Notes under the pieces: generated by a model
What the model was told of the DNA's origin: nothing
Databases searched by the model: none
What the model saw: only the letters and a program-made list of their open reading frames with translations
Origin: an uncultured Bacteroidales bacterium
GTDB lineage: Bacteria > Bacteroidota > Bacteroidia > Bacteroidales > WCHB1-69
Assembly (NCBI GenBank): GCA_934699095.1
Contig: CAKUVI010000002.1
Coordinates: forward strand, 66,457 to 130,456
Direction: 5' to 3'
Length of the DNA stretch: 64,000 nt
Shown here: positions 20,021 through 28,743 of the stretch, in pieces
Position numbering within the stretch: the stretch's first letter is position 1
Layout of the letters: the number at the start of each line of letters is the position of its first letter
Position numbers and translations under genes: made by a program

Positions 20021-20830
20021 ATGCAGATTAATGTCGAAAAATTAATAACAGAAAACAACAATTTTTTTCTCATAGCTGGACCGTGTGTGGTGGAGAACAG
20101 GGAAATCACCTTTCAGACTGCGGAAGAGCTTAAGAATATTTGTGCGAACCTCGGGATACCATTCCTATTCAAGGCATCCTACAAGAAGGCCAACAGGTCG
20201 TCGTTGCACTCCTTCACCGGCATAGGCAACGACGAGGCACTCGCTGTTTTAGCAGAAGTAAAGGGAAAGTTGCAGGTTCCCATAGTTACCGACATACATA
20301 CAGAGCAAGAAGCGGAGTGGGCTTCGAAGGTGGCAGATGTGCTCCAAATCCCAGCATTTCTCTGCCGGCAGACTGATCTTTTGGTGGCAGCTGCCCGCAC
20401 CGGCAAGTTCGTGAATGTCAAAAAAGGCCAGTTTATGTCTCCAGAGGCGATGAAATATGCAGTAGAAAAGGTTCGTGAAGCAGGCAACAAAAATGTTATG
20501 CTCACAGAACGCGGAACATCCTTTGGATATACGGACCTGATAGTTGATTTCAGGGGAGTCAAGGCGTTGCAGTCATGTGGCTGTCCGGCTGTCCTCGACT
20601 GCACTCATTCACTACAGCAGCCCAACCAGACTTCCGGTGTCACGGGCGGTCGTCCTGATTTGATCGAGACAATAGCCAAGGCTGGCGTTGCCGTTGGCTT
20701 TGATGGCCTCTTTATGGAGACCCACCCCAATCCGGCCATGGCACTCTCCGACGGCGCCAACATGCTGCCTTTGTCGCAAATGAAAACCCTCTTGGAAAAA
20801 CTCCTCCTCATTCGTAAAGCCATTATTTGA
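20021..20830 (+). CDS. kdsA: 3-deoxy-8-phosphooctulonate synthase
   Basis: KDO8P synthase family (FLIAGPCVVE, KASYKKANRSS, DCTHSLQ). ATG at 20021 is preferred over the upstream GTG at 20006. Confidence 0.9.
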   Translation: MQINVEKLITENNNFFLIAGPCVVENREITFQTAEELKNICANLGIPFLFKASYKKANRSSLHSFTGIGNDEALAVLAEVKGKLQVPIVTDIHTEQEAEWASKVADVLQIPAFLCRQTDLLVAAARTGKFVNVKKGQFMSPEAMKYAVEKVREAGNKNVMLTERGTSFGYTDLIVDFRGVKALQSCGCPAVLDCTHSLQQPNQTSGVTGGRPDLIETIAKAGVAVGFDGLFMETHPNPAMALSDGANMLPLSQMKTLLEKLLLIRKAII

Positions 20831-20831
20831 G

Positions 20832-22844
20832 ATGAATCCTAAAAACATTCACAGGATTGTGATTGCCGTATTGGCCATCATGTTTTATGGAAACACGCTG
20901 ACCTTGCACTATGCTCTCGACGATCGTATGGTCATCGTGGAGAGCAAACCCACAATCAAGGCAGATTGGGAATCCGTGAAAGAGATCTTTACGGAAGACA
21001 ATTTTTCAGGATTTTTCGGGAAAGACCAATCTATTGTGGCTGGCGGACGCTACAGACCGTTGTCACAGTTCACATTCCTTGTCGAAACAAGACTCTTCGG
21101 TTCCAAAATCAAAGACAAAATCGGTGATCTTGACGATTATGACAATCTTCACAATTCAGCACATGAAGCCTACTTTTATGATACACCATTGCCTTTTGTG
21201 AATCATCTTATGAACCTAGTATATTTCATCATTCTATGTCTTCTTCTGTACGAGGTGTTGTCAAAAATATTTCCGACTTATACTTCCGTTAAATGGTATC
21301 AGTCGTTGCCATTCATAGCTGTTGTTCTCTTTGCTGTGCATCCTATTCATACCGAGGTGGTTGCAAATGTGAAGGGTAGGGACGAACTGCTTGCCATGTT
21401 GGGCGCGGTAGCCTCTCTGTCTGTAACTTTGAAGTATATTGATTCCCGTAAATGGTACTATCTGCTTCTCTCGGCTTTCTTCTTTACTATAGGTGTCTTT
21501 TCAAAAGAGAATGCTATCACGTTTCTCGCCGTGCTCCCTCTTGCAGTATATTATTACAAGTCGGACAAAAAGCGAGGCTCAGATTATATTCTGACGATGG
21601 TGCCTGCAATGGTTGCCTCAGTGTTCTTCATGGCAGCTCGTTCGAAGGTTTTGGGCGGTCTGATGCCACCTGACACTACACAGAATATACTCAACAATCC
21701 TTTTGTGAACGCTACTGGTGCACAGCGAGTTGCCACGGTTTTGCTCACTTGGGGGATTTACCTTAAGCTGCTCTTCATACCGCATCCTCTAACCCACGAC
21801 TATTATCCATATCAGATACAATTGACAGATTTTTCAAATCCCGTTGTATTGATTGTTCTTCTGATAGTTGTTGCCGTTTTGATTTATGCTGTTATTAAGC
21901 TCAAAAGTCATTCAGTGGTCTCGTTTTCAATCATCTATTTCGTGATAACTTTTTCAATTACATCCAATTTGCTGTTCAATGTGGGGACTTTCATGAATGA
22001 ACGTTTTGTCTTCATGTCGTCTATTGGCTTTACTTTGTTGGCTGCTTATTGGCTCTATATTTTGGCAATTTCAAAGCAGGCACTTTACCAGAAAATCTCT
22101 TTAGGGTTGTTCATGGTTGTGGCTTTGCTGTTCGGAATCAAGACATTTACGAGGAATTTTGTTTGGAAAGACGATTTCACGTTGTTCACTACTGATGTGG
22201 AAACCTCTTCAAATAGCATAAAATGTAATGTTTCTGCTGGTGGAAGTTATTTGCAGGAGTGGAAGAGCACTCATCGAGAGAAAGACAAGAGAAAGGCTTA
22301 CGGTTACCTGGAAAAGGCGCTTCAGTTGGATCCATATTCTCTTAACGCATATATGTTGCTGAGTGAGCTGGCTTATTTGGACAATAATCCTGATGTGTCG
22401 AGGAATGCAGCGTATAATGCGACGCAACTGGATCCTGCGAACGAGACTGCAAAGGCTCTGTTGCGACAGGCGGAGTTTGGTCAGCAGCGCAAGGAAGTTG
22501 ACGATGTGCGCGAACTCCTGAATGATGGGAAAGCTGAAGAGGCCTGGGACAGAATCAACAAATTTCTGAAGACACATCCTGATGACATATATGGTTTGAA
22601 CATGAAGGGCAATGTTGCAGGGCGTGGATTCGGGCGTGTTGACGAGGCAATAGGGATTTTCGAGGATATTGTCAGGAGGGACTCCACATTCTCAAGTGCT
22701 TGGGAAAATATGGGTATCTGTTATGCGATAAAGCGAGACTTCGGCAATGCCGAGCGCTGTTTCAGAAAGGCACTCGAAATTTCACCCGACAACGAAAACG
22801 TAAAGGAGAATCTAAGAAAGATGTATTCTGATCGTGACAAATAA
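20832..22844 (+). CDS. multi-pass membrane protein with C-terminal TPR repeats (PMT/ArnT-like glycosyltransferase fold, putative)
   Basis: About 11 TM helices in the N-terminal 450 aa, then TPR-like repeats (AYGYLEKALQLDP, AERCFRKALEISPDN). Confidence 0.55.
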   Translation: MNPKNIHRIVIAVLAIMFYGNTLTLHYALDDRMVIVESKPTIKADWESVKEIFTEDNFSGFFGKDQSIVAGGRYRPLSQFTFLVETRLFGSKIKDKIGDLDDYDNLHNSAHEAYFYDTPLPFVNHLMNLVYFIILCLLLYEVLSKIFPTYTSVKWYQSLPFIAVVLFAVHPIHTEVVANVKGRDELLAMLGAVASLSVTLKYIDSRKWYYLLLSAFFFTIGVFSKENAITFLAVLPLAVYYYKSDKKRGSDYILTMVPAMVASVFFMAARSKVLGGLMPPDTTQNILNNPFVNATGAQRVATVLLTWGIYLKLLFIPHPLTHDYYPYQIQLTDFSNPVVLIVLLIVVAVLIYAVIKLKSHSVVSFSIIYFVITFSITSNLLFNVGTFMNERFVFMSSIGFTLLAAYWLYILAISKQALYQKISLGLFMVVALLFGIKTFTRNFVWKDDFTLFTTDVETSSNSIKCNVSAGGSYLQEWKSTHREKDKRKAYGYLEKALQLDPYSLNAYMLLSELAYLDNNPDVSRNAAYNATQLDPANETAKALLRQAEFGQQRKEVDDVRELLNDGKAEEAWDRINKFLKTHPDDIYGLNMKGNVAGRGFGRVDEAIGIFEDIVRRDSTFSSAWENMGICYAIKRDFGNAERCFRKALEISPDNENVKENLRKMYSDRDK

Positions 22845-22872
22845 AAAAAGGTGGCAAAGGCCACCTTTTCTG
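22843..22872. terminator. bidirectional terminator AAAAAAA-GGTGGC-AAAG-GCCACC-TTTT between convergent genes
   Basis: Perfect 6-bp stem flanked by an A-run and a T-run. Confidence 0.65.
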
Positions 22873-24459
22873 CTATTTCATGATATTTCCGAGAATGTCT
22901 CTTGTGATTTCGCGCGTTATGGTGCGTGTCGCCGCGGAGGTCGTGTTTTTCACTATTTTCTCTTTAGTTGATTTTGTGGATTTTGTCTTTTTTCCACTCA
23001 CCTTGTCTGACACGGCGGTGCCGACTGCTGTGGCCACGGTGGCTGTAACGGCAGTGACTACGGCTTTTATGACTTTGGCGAAGACACCTTTTTTTGCCTT
23101 TTTCTCGCCCTCTTCTTTTTTGCCTTTGGTCTCTTCGGCAAGGGCGGTCTCTTCTTCAGCCGTCTGGATGGCCTGTTCGCTCTCTTTCATGAGGAGTTCG
23201 TACGCGCTCACGCTGTCGATCATTTTGTCATATTTTCCGTAAATGCGGCTTTGGCGAATTATATTTGAGCGTTCTGTTGCGTCAACGGGACCTATTTTTG
23301 AGAGCGGGAAGAGTATTTTGGCTTTTTGCACAACAGACGGTGCACCTTTGGCATCGAGGAAGCTGACCAGAGCCTCGCCTGTTTCGAGGTTGGTGATTGC
23401 CTCATCTGTCTTGAAGGCGGGGTTGGAACGGAAGGTGTCGGCGGCAGCGCGCACGGCTTTCTGGTCTTTTGGAGTGTATGCTCTGAGTGCGTGCTGTATG
23501 CGGTTGCCCAATTGTCCGAGGATCTTGTCTGGAATGTCTGAAGGATATTGTGTGATAAAATAGATTCCCACGCCCTTGCTTCGGATCAGTCGGATCACCT
23601 GCTCAATCTTGTCTATCAGAGTTTTAGAGGTGTCCTCAAAGAGGGTGTGAGCCTCGTCGAAGAAGAATACAAACTTGGGGAGATCCAAGTCGCCGACTTC
23701 AGGGAGAGAGGAATAGAGTTCGGAGAGAAGCCAAAGGAGGAATGTGCTGTACAGTTTCGGGTTTTCGATGAGCTTGTCGGCAGCCATGACGTTCATAACA
23801 CCTTTGCCATTCTCGGTTTGGATGAAGTCGAAGATGTCGAAGCTCGGTTCGCCGAAGAAGTTGTTGGCTCCTTGGTTTTCGAGTTGGAGGAGTGCACGTT
23901 GGATTGCGCCCACAGAGGCTGCTGAGATGTTACCGTAGAGCGACGAATATTCCTTGGAATTCTTAGCCACGAAGTCAAGTACGGCACGCAGGTCTTTCAT
24001 GTCGAGTATCTGAAGACCTTTGTCGTCGGCTATTTTGAACACGATGTTGAGCACTCCGTCTTGGGTCTCGTTCAGGTTCAGGAGTCTGGAGAGCAATTGC
24101 GGGCCCATCTGCGAGATTGTAGCCCTTACCGGATGGCCTTGTTCGCCGAAAACATCGAAGAAACGCACAGGGCAACCTTGGAACTGCGGGTTTTCGATGC
24201 CGAATTCCGGAAGGCGTTTCTCGATGAATCCTGAAAGGGTGCCTTGCTGGCTGATGCCGGAGAGATCACCTTTCATGTCGGCCATGAAGCAGGGGACGCC
24301 CGCTTGTGAGAATGTCTCAGCCAGAACCTGCAAAGACACTGTTTTGCCGGTTCCGGTGGCACCTGCTATGAGACCGTGCCGGTTGGCCATCTTCCCCTCA
24401 ATGGAGATGGCTCCTTCTGCGCTGTGCGCCACATATAGTCCGTGATTGTTGTCGTACAT
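22873..24459 (-). CDS. HerA-like/DUF853 (YjgR-type) P-loop NTPase
   Basis: Walker A GATGTGKT, Walker [10 protein letters not shown], and a Lys/Thr-rich C-terminal tail. The start at MYDNNHG (24459) is preferred over 24495. Confidence 0.75.
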   Translation of the reverse strand: MYDNNHGLYVAHSAEGAISIEGKMANRHGLIAGATGTGKTVSLQVLAETFSQAGVPCFMADMKGDLSGISQQGTLSGFIEKRLPEFGIENPQFQGCPVRFFDVFGEQGHPVRATISQMGPQLLSRLLNLNETQDGVLNIVFKIADDKGLQILDMKDLRAVLDFVAKNSKEYSSLYGNISAASVGAIQRALLQLENQGANNFFGEPSFDIFDFIQTENGKGVMNVMAADKLIENPKLYSTFLLWLLSELYSSLPEVGDLDLPKFVFFFDEAHTLFEDTSKTLIDKIEQVIRLIRSKGVGIYFITQYPSDIPDKILGQLGNRIQHALRAYTPKDQKAVRAAADTFRSNPAFKTDEAITNLETGEALVSFLDAKGAPSVVQKAKILFPLSKIGPVDATERSNIIRQSRIYGKYDKMIDSVSAYELLMKESEQAIQTAEEETALAEETKGKKEEGEKKAKKGVFAKVIKAVVTAVTATVATAVGTAVSDKVSGKKTKSTKSTKEKIVKNTTSAATRTITREITRDILGNIMK

Positions 24460-24569
24460 TGCTATGATTGTTTGATTGTTAATTCCAATCTGCAAAAGTA
24501 ATAATTTCTTTTTTATCAGTGATAAGGGAAAAAAACTATTGCTATCCGAAAATAAAGTACGTTTTATTT

Positions 24570-24797
24570 AAGCAGTTTTATGTTAGTTTTTGCTTTATCA
24601 AAACTGCGGTAAAGCGAGAGAAAAGAAAGCTAGCTTGCTTTTCCGAGCGAGAGCAGTTTATGTAAAAAGTAACCAAAAATCAAGCCGACATTAAATTTCA
24701 CCCGCTCTGTCGGAACCTAACAACAGCGGCAGAGGAAAGAGTCTGTCGGCCAACCCAGCCCACGTGCGAAATAACTAACAAACTCTCCGAAGGAGAG
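24570..24797 (-). repeat. composite intergenic repeat (blocks A+B), inverted copy of 56039..56386
   Basis: 24570-24735 is the near-exact reverse complement of 56220-56386, and 24744-24797 is the reverse complement of 56039-56092. It contains a 59-nt hairpin element at 24601-24659. Confidence 0.85.
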
Positions 24798-24971
24798 TTG
24801 AACCCGCGCCTAAGAAATGTTTTCGTCTAAAAATGTGAAACGTTTACGCGTTAAAAAATTGCGTCTGTCTGAATGATAGCGCATTGCAATATGATTTAAT
24901 GTTGCACGATAAGAAATAAGATGCAAAATCAACGAGCCCTGACGCCAGGAATGAGTTTAGCAATTTTTGAT

Positions 24972-25030
24972 AAGCTGCTCTCATTCGATAATAAAAGCAA
25001 GCTTTTATTATGCTCATTTACTCGCAGCTT
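24972..25030 (+). repeat. 59-nt two-stem element, copy B
   Basis: AAGCTGC...GCAGCTT outer stem and ATAATAAAAGC/GCTTTTATTAT inner stem, with CTCATT-type loops. Homologous to the copies at 24601, 25102 and 56297. Confidence 0.75.
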
Positions 25031-25101
25031 TAGCGGAAAGGTTTCCCCATTTTTAGAAAATATTTCTTCAGCGCAAACCCTTTCTTTGTTTTACTTTTAA
25101 T

Positions 25102-25160
25102 AAATTGCTCTCGCTCGAAAATAGAAGCGAGCTTCTATTTTGCTCGTTTAACCGCAATTT
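25102..25160 (+). repeat. 59-nt two-stem element, copy C
   Basis: AAATTGC...GCAATTT outer stem and AAAATAGAAGC/GCTTCTATTTT inner stem, with conserved CTCGCT/CTCGTT loops. Confidence 0.75.
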
Positions 25161-25326
25161 TCTTTGGGGTTATCAAAGAAAGTAAAGAAAAAAATGGCTT
25201 AACAAAATCGTACTTTTATATTGGACAGAATTTGTGATGTACAGTAGTAACCGCGGGGTAGTAATAATGGCATCGGAATTCTTTATAAAAGATGGGTACA
25301 GCGTTTCTGTGGATACACATTTTTTG

Positions 25327-25334
25327 TATCTTTG
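25327..25334 (+). promoter_or_regulatory. Bacteroidota -7 promoter box (TATCTTTG) ahead of hutU
   Basis: Consensus match about 47 nt upstream of the hutU ATG. Confidence 0.45.
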
Positions 25335-25380
25335 CGGGTTAAAAATTGACGTAAAAGTTTTTCAGTAAAATCAAGAGATA

Positions 25381-27378
25381 ATGACACTTCAAGAATTTCA
25401 AGATGATTTGAGAGCGGGCATACCTGCCGAGATACCCGCGGCGCAACCCTATGATCCTAACATCAACCATGCGCCCAAGAGAAAGGACATTCTTACCAAG
25501 AAGGAGAAACAGTTGGCGCTCAGAAACGCGCTCCGTTATTTCCCGGCATCGCAGCATGCTGCTCTGGCTCCGGAATTTGCAAAGGAGCTGCACGACTACG
25601 GCCGCATATATATGTACCGCTACCGTCCGACATACGAGATGTACGCCCGTCCGATAGAGGCTTATCCTGCCAGATGTCAGCAAGCGGCAGCCATCATGCT
25701 CATGATACAGAACAACCTCGATCCAGCCGTGGCCCAGCACCCTCATGAACTCATCACTTACGGTGGCAACGGCGCCGTTTTCCAGAACTGGGCCCAATAC
25801 CGCCTCGTTATGAAATATCTGTCTGAAATGACCGATGAACAGACGCTCGTTATGTATTCTGGGCACCCGCTTGGCCTCTTCCCTTCACACAAGGACGCAC
25901 CGCGCGTGGTGGTGACCAACGGCATGGTTATTCCAAACTACTCAAAGCCGGATGATTGGGAACGCATGAATGCGCTTGGTGTCAGCCAGTACGGCCAGAT
26001 GACAGCAGGATCGTACATGTATATCGGTCCGCAAGGCATAGTACACGGCACGACCATCACCGTGCTCAATGCAAGCCGCAAGATCGGCGGCGAAATCGGC
26101 GGCAAACTCTTCGTGACCGCCGGTCTCGGTGGCATGTCTGGCGCACAGCCGAAGGCCGGTAACATCGCAGGAGTGGTCTCCATCACTGCTGAAATAAATC
26201 CAGCTGCCACACAAAAGCGCTTCCAACAGGGTTGGGTTGATGAGGTCCACGACAATCTTGACGAGCTTTTTGTGAAGGTTAATGAAGCCAGGGCAAAGAA
26301 AATCGCCAAATCGTTCGCTTACCAAGGCAATATCGTGGACCTTTGGGAGTATTGCGCCGAACATGAAATTTCAGTGGATCTCGGCAGCGACCAGACATCG
26401 CTTCACAACCCTTGGGCAGGCGGATACTATCCTGTAGGCCTCTCATTTGAGGATTCCAAGAAGATGATGGCTGACGAGCCCGAGAAGTTCAAGGCTGCGG
26501 TTGAAGAGAGTCTCCGTCGTCAGGTGGCTGCCATCAACAAGCTCACCGCACGCGGGATGTATTTCTTCGACTATGGCAACGCATTCCTGTTGCAGTCGTC
26601 TCGCGCCGGCGCCGACATCCTCAAAGAGGACGGTACTTTCAGATACCCGTCTTACGTGCAGGACATCATGGGACCGATGTGTTTCGATTACGGATTCGGT
26701 CCTTTCCGCTGGGTGTGCACCTCAGGCAAACCCGAAGACCTCGAAACCACCGACCACATCGCGATGGATGTGCTCCGCGAAATCAGCGAGCACGCTCCGT
26801 CAGAGATATCCCAACAGATGAAGGACAACATCACATGGATCAAGGGTGCGAAGGAGAACCACCTTGTGGTCGGCTCGCAGGCCCGTATCCTCTATGCCGA
26901 TGCAGAGGGCAGGACAAAGATAGCGGCTGCTTTCAACGAGGCGGTGCGCACAGGCAAACTCTCGGCTCCTGTAGTGCTCGGCCGCGACCACCACGACGTT
27001 TCCGGTACCGACTCCCCGTTCCGCGAGACCTCCAACATATACGACGGATCAAGCTTCTGCGCCGACATGGCTGTGCAGAATGTCATCGGCGACAGCTTCC
27101 GCGGTGCCACATGGGTTTCCATCCATAACGGCGGCGGAGTAGGCTGGGGCGAAGTCATCAACGGTGGCTTCGGAATGGTGCTCGACGGCAGCGACGACAG
27201 CGACCGCCGCCTGCGCTCAATGCTCTTCTGGGATGTCAACAACGGAATCACCCGCCGCGCTTGGGCTCGCAACGACGGCGCCCTCTTTGCCATCAAACGC
27301 GCCATGGAGTTCTGCCCGCAACTCAAAGTAACCCTCCCGAATATGGCCGATGACAAACTTATTGAACAACAATTCTAA
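25381..27378 (+). CDS. hutU: urocanate hydratase
   Basis: 665 aa of the long Bacteroidota-type urocanase (GGMSGAQ, ITYGGNG, HNGGGVGWG). Confidence 0.9.
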   Translation: MTLQEFQDDLRAGIPAEIPAAQPYDPNINHAPKRKDILTKKEKQLALRNALRYFPASQHAALAPEFAKELHDYGRIYMYRYRPTYEMYARPIEAYPARCQQAAAIMLMIQNNLDPAVAQHPHELITYGGNGAVFQNWAQYRLVMKYLSEMTDEQTLVMYSGHPLGLFPSHKDAPRVVVTNGMVIPNYSKPDDWERMNALGVSQYGQMTAGSYMYIGPQGIVHGTTITVLNASRKIGGEIGGKLFVTAGLGGMSGAQPKAGNIAGVVSITAEINPAATQKRFQQGWVDEVHDNLDELFVKVNEARAKKIAKSFAYQGNIVDLWEYCAEHEISVDLGSDQTSLHNPWAGGYYPVGLSFEDSKKMMADEPEKFKAAVEESLRRQVAAINKLTARGMYFFDYGNAFLLQSSRAGADILKEDGTFRYPSYVQDIMGPMCFDYGFGPFRWVCTSGKPEDLETTDHIAMDVLREISEHAPSEISQQMKDNITWIKGAKENHLVVGSQARILYADAEGRTKIAAAFNEAVRTGKLSAPVVLGRDHHDVSGTDSPFRETSNIYDGSSFCADMAVQNVIGDSFRGATWVSIHNGGGVGWGEVINGGFGMVLDGSDDSDRRLRSMLFWDVNNGITRRAWARNDGALFAIKRAMEFCPQLKVTLPNMADDKLIEQQF

Positions 27379-27401
27379 TTGTCACCCCATACCTGATTAA
27401 T

Positions 27402-28292
27402 ATGAAAAACGTTGCTCTGGCTCTGTTGACTTTGACACTTCTGGTGGCAGGTTGCAAAAAAAAACCTGCTGCCATAGTTATTGTACCAGATGTGGAGAAA
27501 AATCACCTCCAACGTAATCATAACTTCGGGGAAATCAAATATCTGAACACTTATTCCTACTTCCTTCAAAACGATTCTCTGCCAGCAGCCGACACTGCAG
27601 ACATAAAAAAACTTATCGGCGGCGCCACTCCCGACCTGACCGCCTCACAGTTCTACACCTCAGACGGATATCTGCTCCGCTATGTGAAACTTGGCAAGTC
27701 TTCAGACACGCTCATCGTCCGTGACTACCATTATTCCTCCGATGCCAAGATATCCGGATGGGAGGAATACGACTCTGCTAAGAATCTGCTCACATCCGGC
27801 AAATACTTCTACGACAGAAACCGTTTCCTCTCTGAAGAGAAAATATTCAGGGAAGACAGTCTTGTCATGTCTTTCAAGTACACCACCGACGGCATCGGCA
27901 ATGTCATCGCCGCAGTGCAGTCGTTCGGCGATTTCCAGACAAAGACAGAATCCAAGTATGATGAGCACGGACTTGTGACGCAAATTGTTGAATATGAGCC
28001 CAATGGCAAGGTCTTCAAAACCGCCAAAATTGAGTATGACAACTATGGCGATGAAGTCAACAGATGCGTGTATAAAGCTGGCGATCAGATGATTGAATAT
28101 ACCTACAACAAATACGACAAGTACGGCAGAATCAGGCAGACAATCTATGAGGATAGAATACATGACGTGAAAGAATACCATTATTTCTTCGATTTCGACA
28201 AACAGAAGAACTGGCGGTATGAAGTATGCGTTGTGGACAATCTTATTGTTTATGTAAAAGAGAGAAAAATAAATTATTACAACGAATTTTAA
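27402..28292 (+). CDS. lipoprotein with YD/RHS-like beta-hairpin repeats (hypothetical)
   Basis: Lipobox LLVAGC, with repeated Y.YD..G motifs (KYDEHGL, EYDNYGD, KYDKYGR). Confidence 0.55.
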   Translation: MKNVALALLTLTLLVAGCKKKPAAIVIVPDVEKNHLQRNHNFGEIKYLNTYSYFLQNDSLPAADTADIKKLIGGATPDLTASQFYTSDGYLLRYVKLGKSSDTLIVRDYHYSSDAKISGWEEYDSAKNLLTSGKYFYDRNRFLSEEKIFREDSLVMSFKYTTDGIGNVIAAVQSFGDFQTKTESKYDEHGLVTQIVEYEPNGKVFKTAKIEYDNYGDEVNRCVYKAGDQMIEYTYNKYDKYGRIRQTIYEDRIHDVKEYHYFFDFDKQKNWRYEVCVVDNLIVYVKERKINYYNEF

Positions 28293-28312
28293 CTGAACAA
28301 CGATTTACAATT

Positions 28313-28741
28313 ATGGATTTAAGCAAAATTTTATCAATCACAGGAAAAAACGGACTTTTCAAATTCATATCAAAAACTCCTAACAGCTTCATTGTTGAGG
28401 GCTTGGACACAGGAAAGCGTTTCCCGGCATTTTCAAATGACGGAGTCGCTGCCCTCGACAACATAGCCATATTCACTGAAACCGACGAAGTGCCGCTTAC
28501 AGAAGTTTTCCAAAATATATACCGCAAGGAGGACGGCAAAAAAATGGAGATCCCTAAGGATAATGAAGCCATAAAGGCTTATTTCGGTGAGATTCTCCCG
28601 GAATATGACCGCGACAGGGTGTATGTGTCCAATATGAAGAAGGTTTATCATTGGTATAACATTCTGGTTGAACACAATCTGGTTGACCTCGAGAAGCCAG
28701 CAGAAGAGAATAAAGAGGAATCTAATAACGAACAACAATAA
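28313..28741 (+). CDS. DUF5606-like small cytoplasmic protein
   Basis: 142 aa starting MDLSKILSITGKNGLFKF. The internal ATG at 28313 was chosen because the longer ORF overlaps the upstream gene. Confidence 0.55.
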   Translation: MDLSKILSITGKNGLFKFISKTPNSFIVEGLDTGKRFPAFSNDGVAALDNIAIFTETDEVPLTEVFQNIYRKEDGKKMEIPKDNEAIKAYFGEILPEYDRDRVYVSNMKKVYHWYNILVEHNLVDLEKPAEENKEESNNEQQ

Positions 28742-28743
28742 AT

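Noticed and set aside
22873-24459. The HerA-like ATPase as part of a defence system (HerA pairs with SIR2, DUF4297 or NurA nucleases).
   Set aside because: The sequence fits the stand-alone DUF853/YjgR family. There is no partner effector gene: the downstream neighbour is convergent and the upstream region is non-coding.
24725-24760. GGCAGAGGAAAGAGTCTGTCGG resembles the RNase P RNA GAGGAAAGTCCGGGC core.
   Set aside because: Only the GAGGAAAG heptamer-like part matches. The other universally conserved P RNA blocks and helices are absent, and the sequence is part of the dispersed repeat.
24601-25160. Could the repeated ~59-nt hairpin units be a small CRISPR array or orphan repeats? One copy contains CTGCTCTCATT, reminiscent of some Bacteroidota CRISPR repeats.
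   Set aside because: Copies lie in mixed orientation with irregular spacing (about 312 and 71 nt between units), the units differ strongly in sequence, and there are no cas genes in 64 kb. The short similarity is too small to mean anything.
25237-25368. 43-codon ORF (MYSSNRGVVIMASEFF...) just upstream of hutU as a possible leader peptide.
   Set aside because: It runs through the predicted hutU -7 promoter box and has no His-rich or regulatory codon pattern. Indistinguishable from chance.
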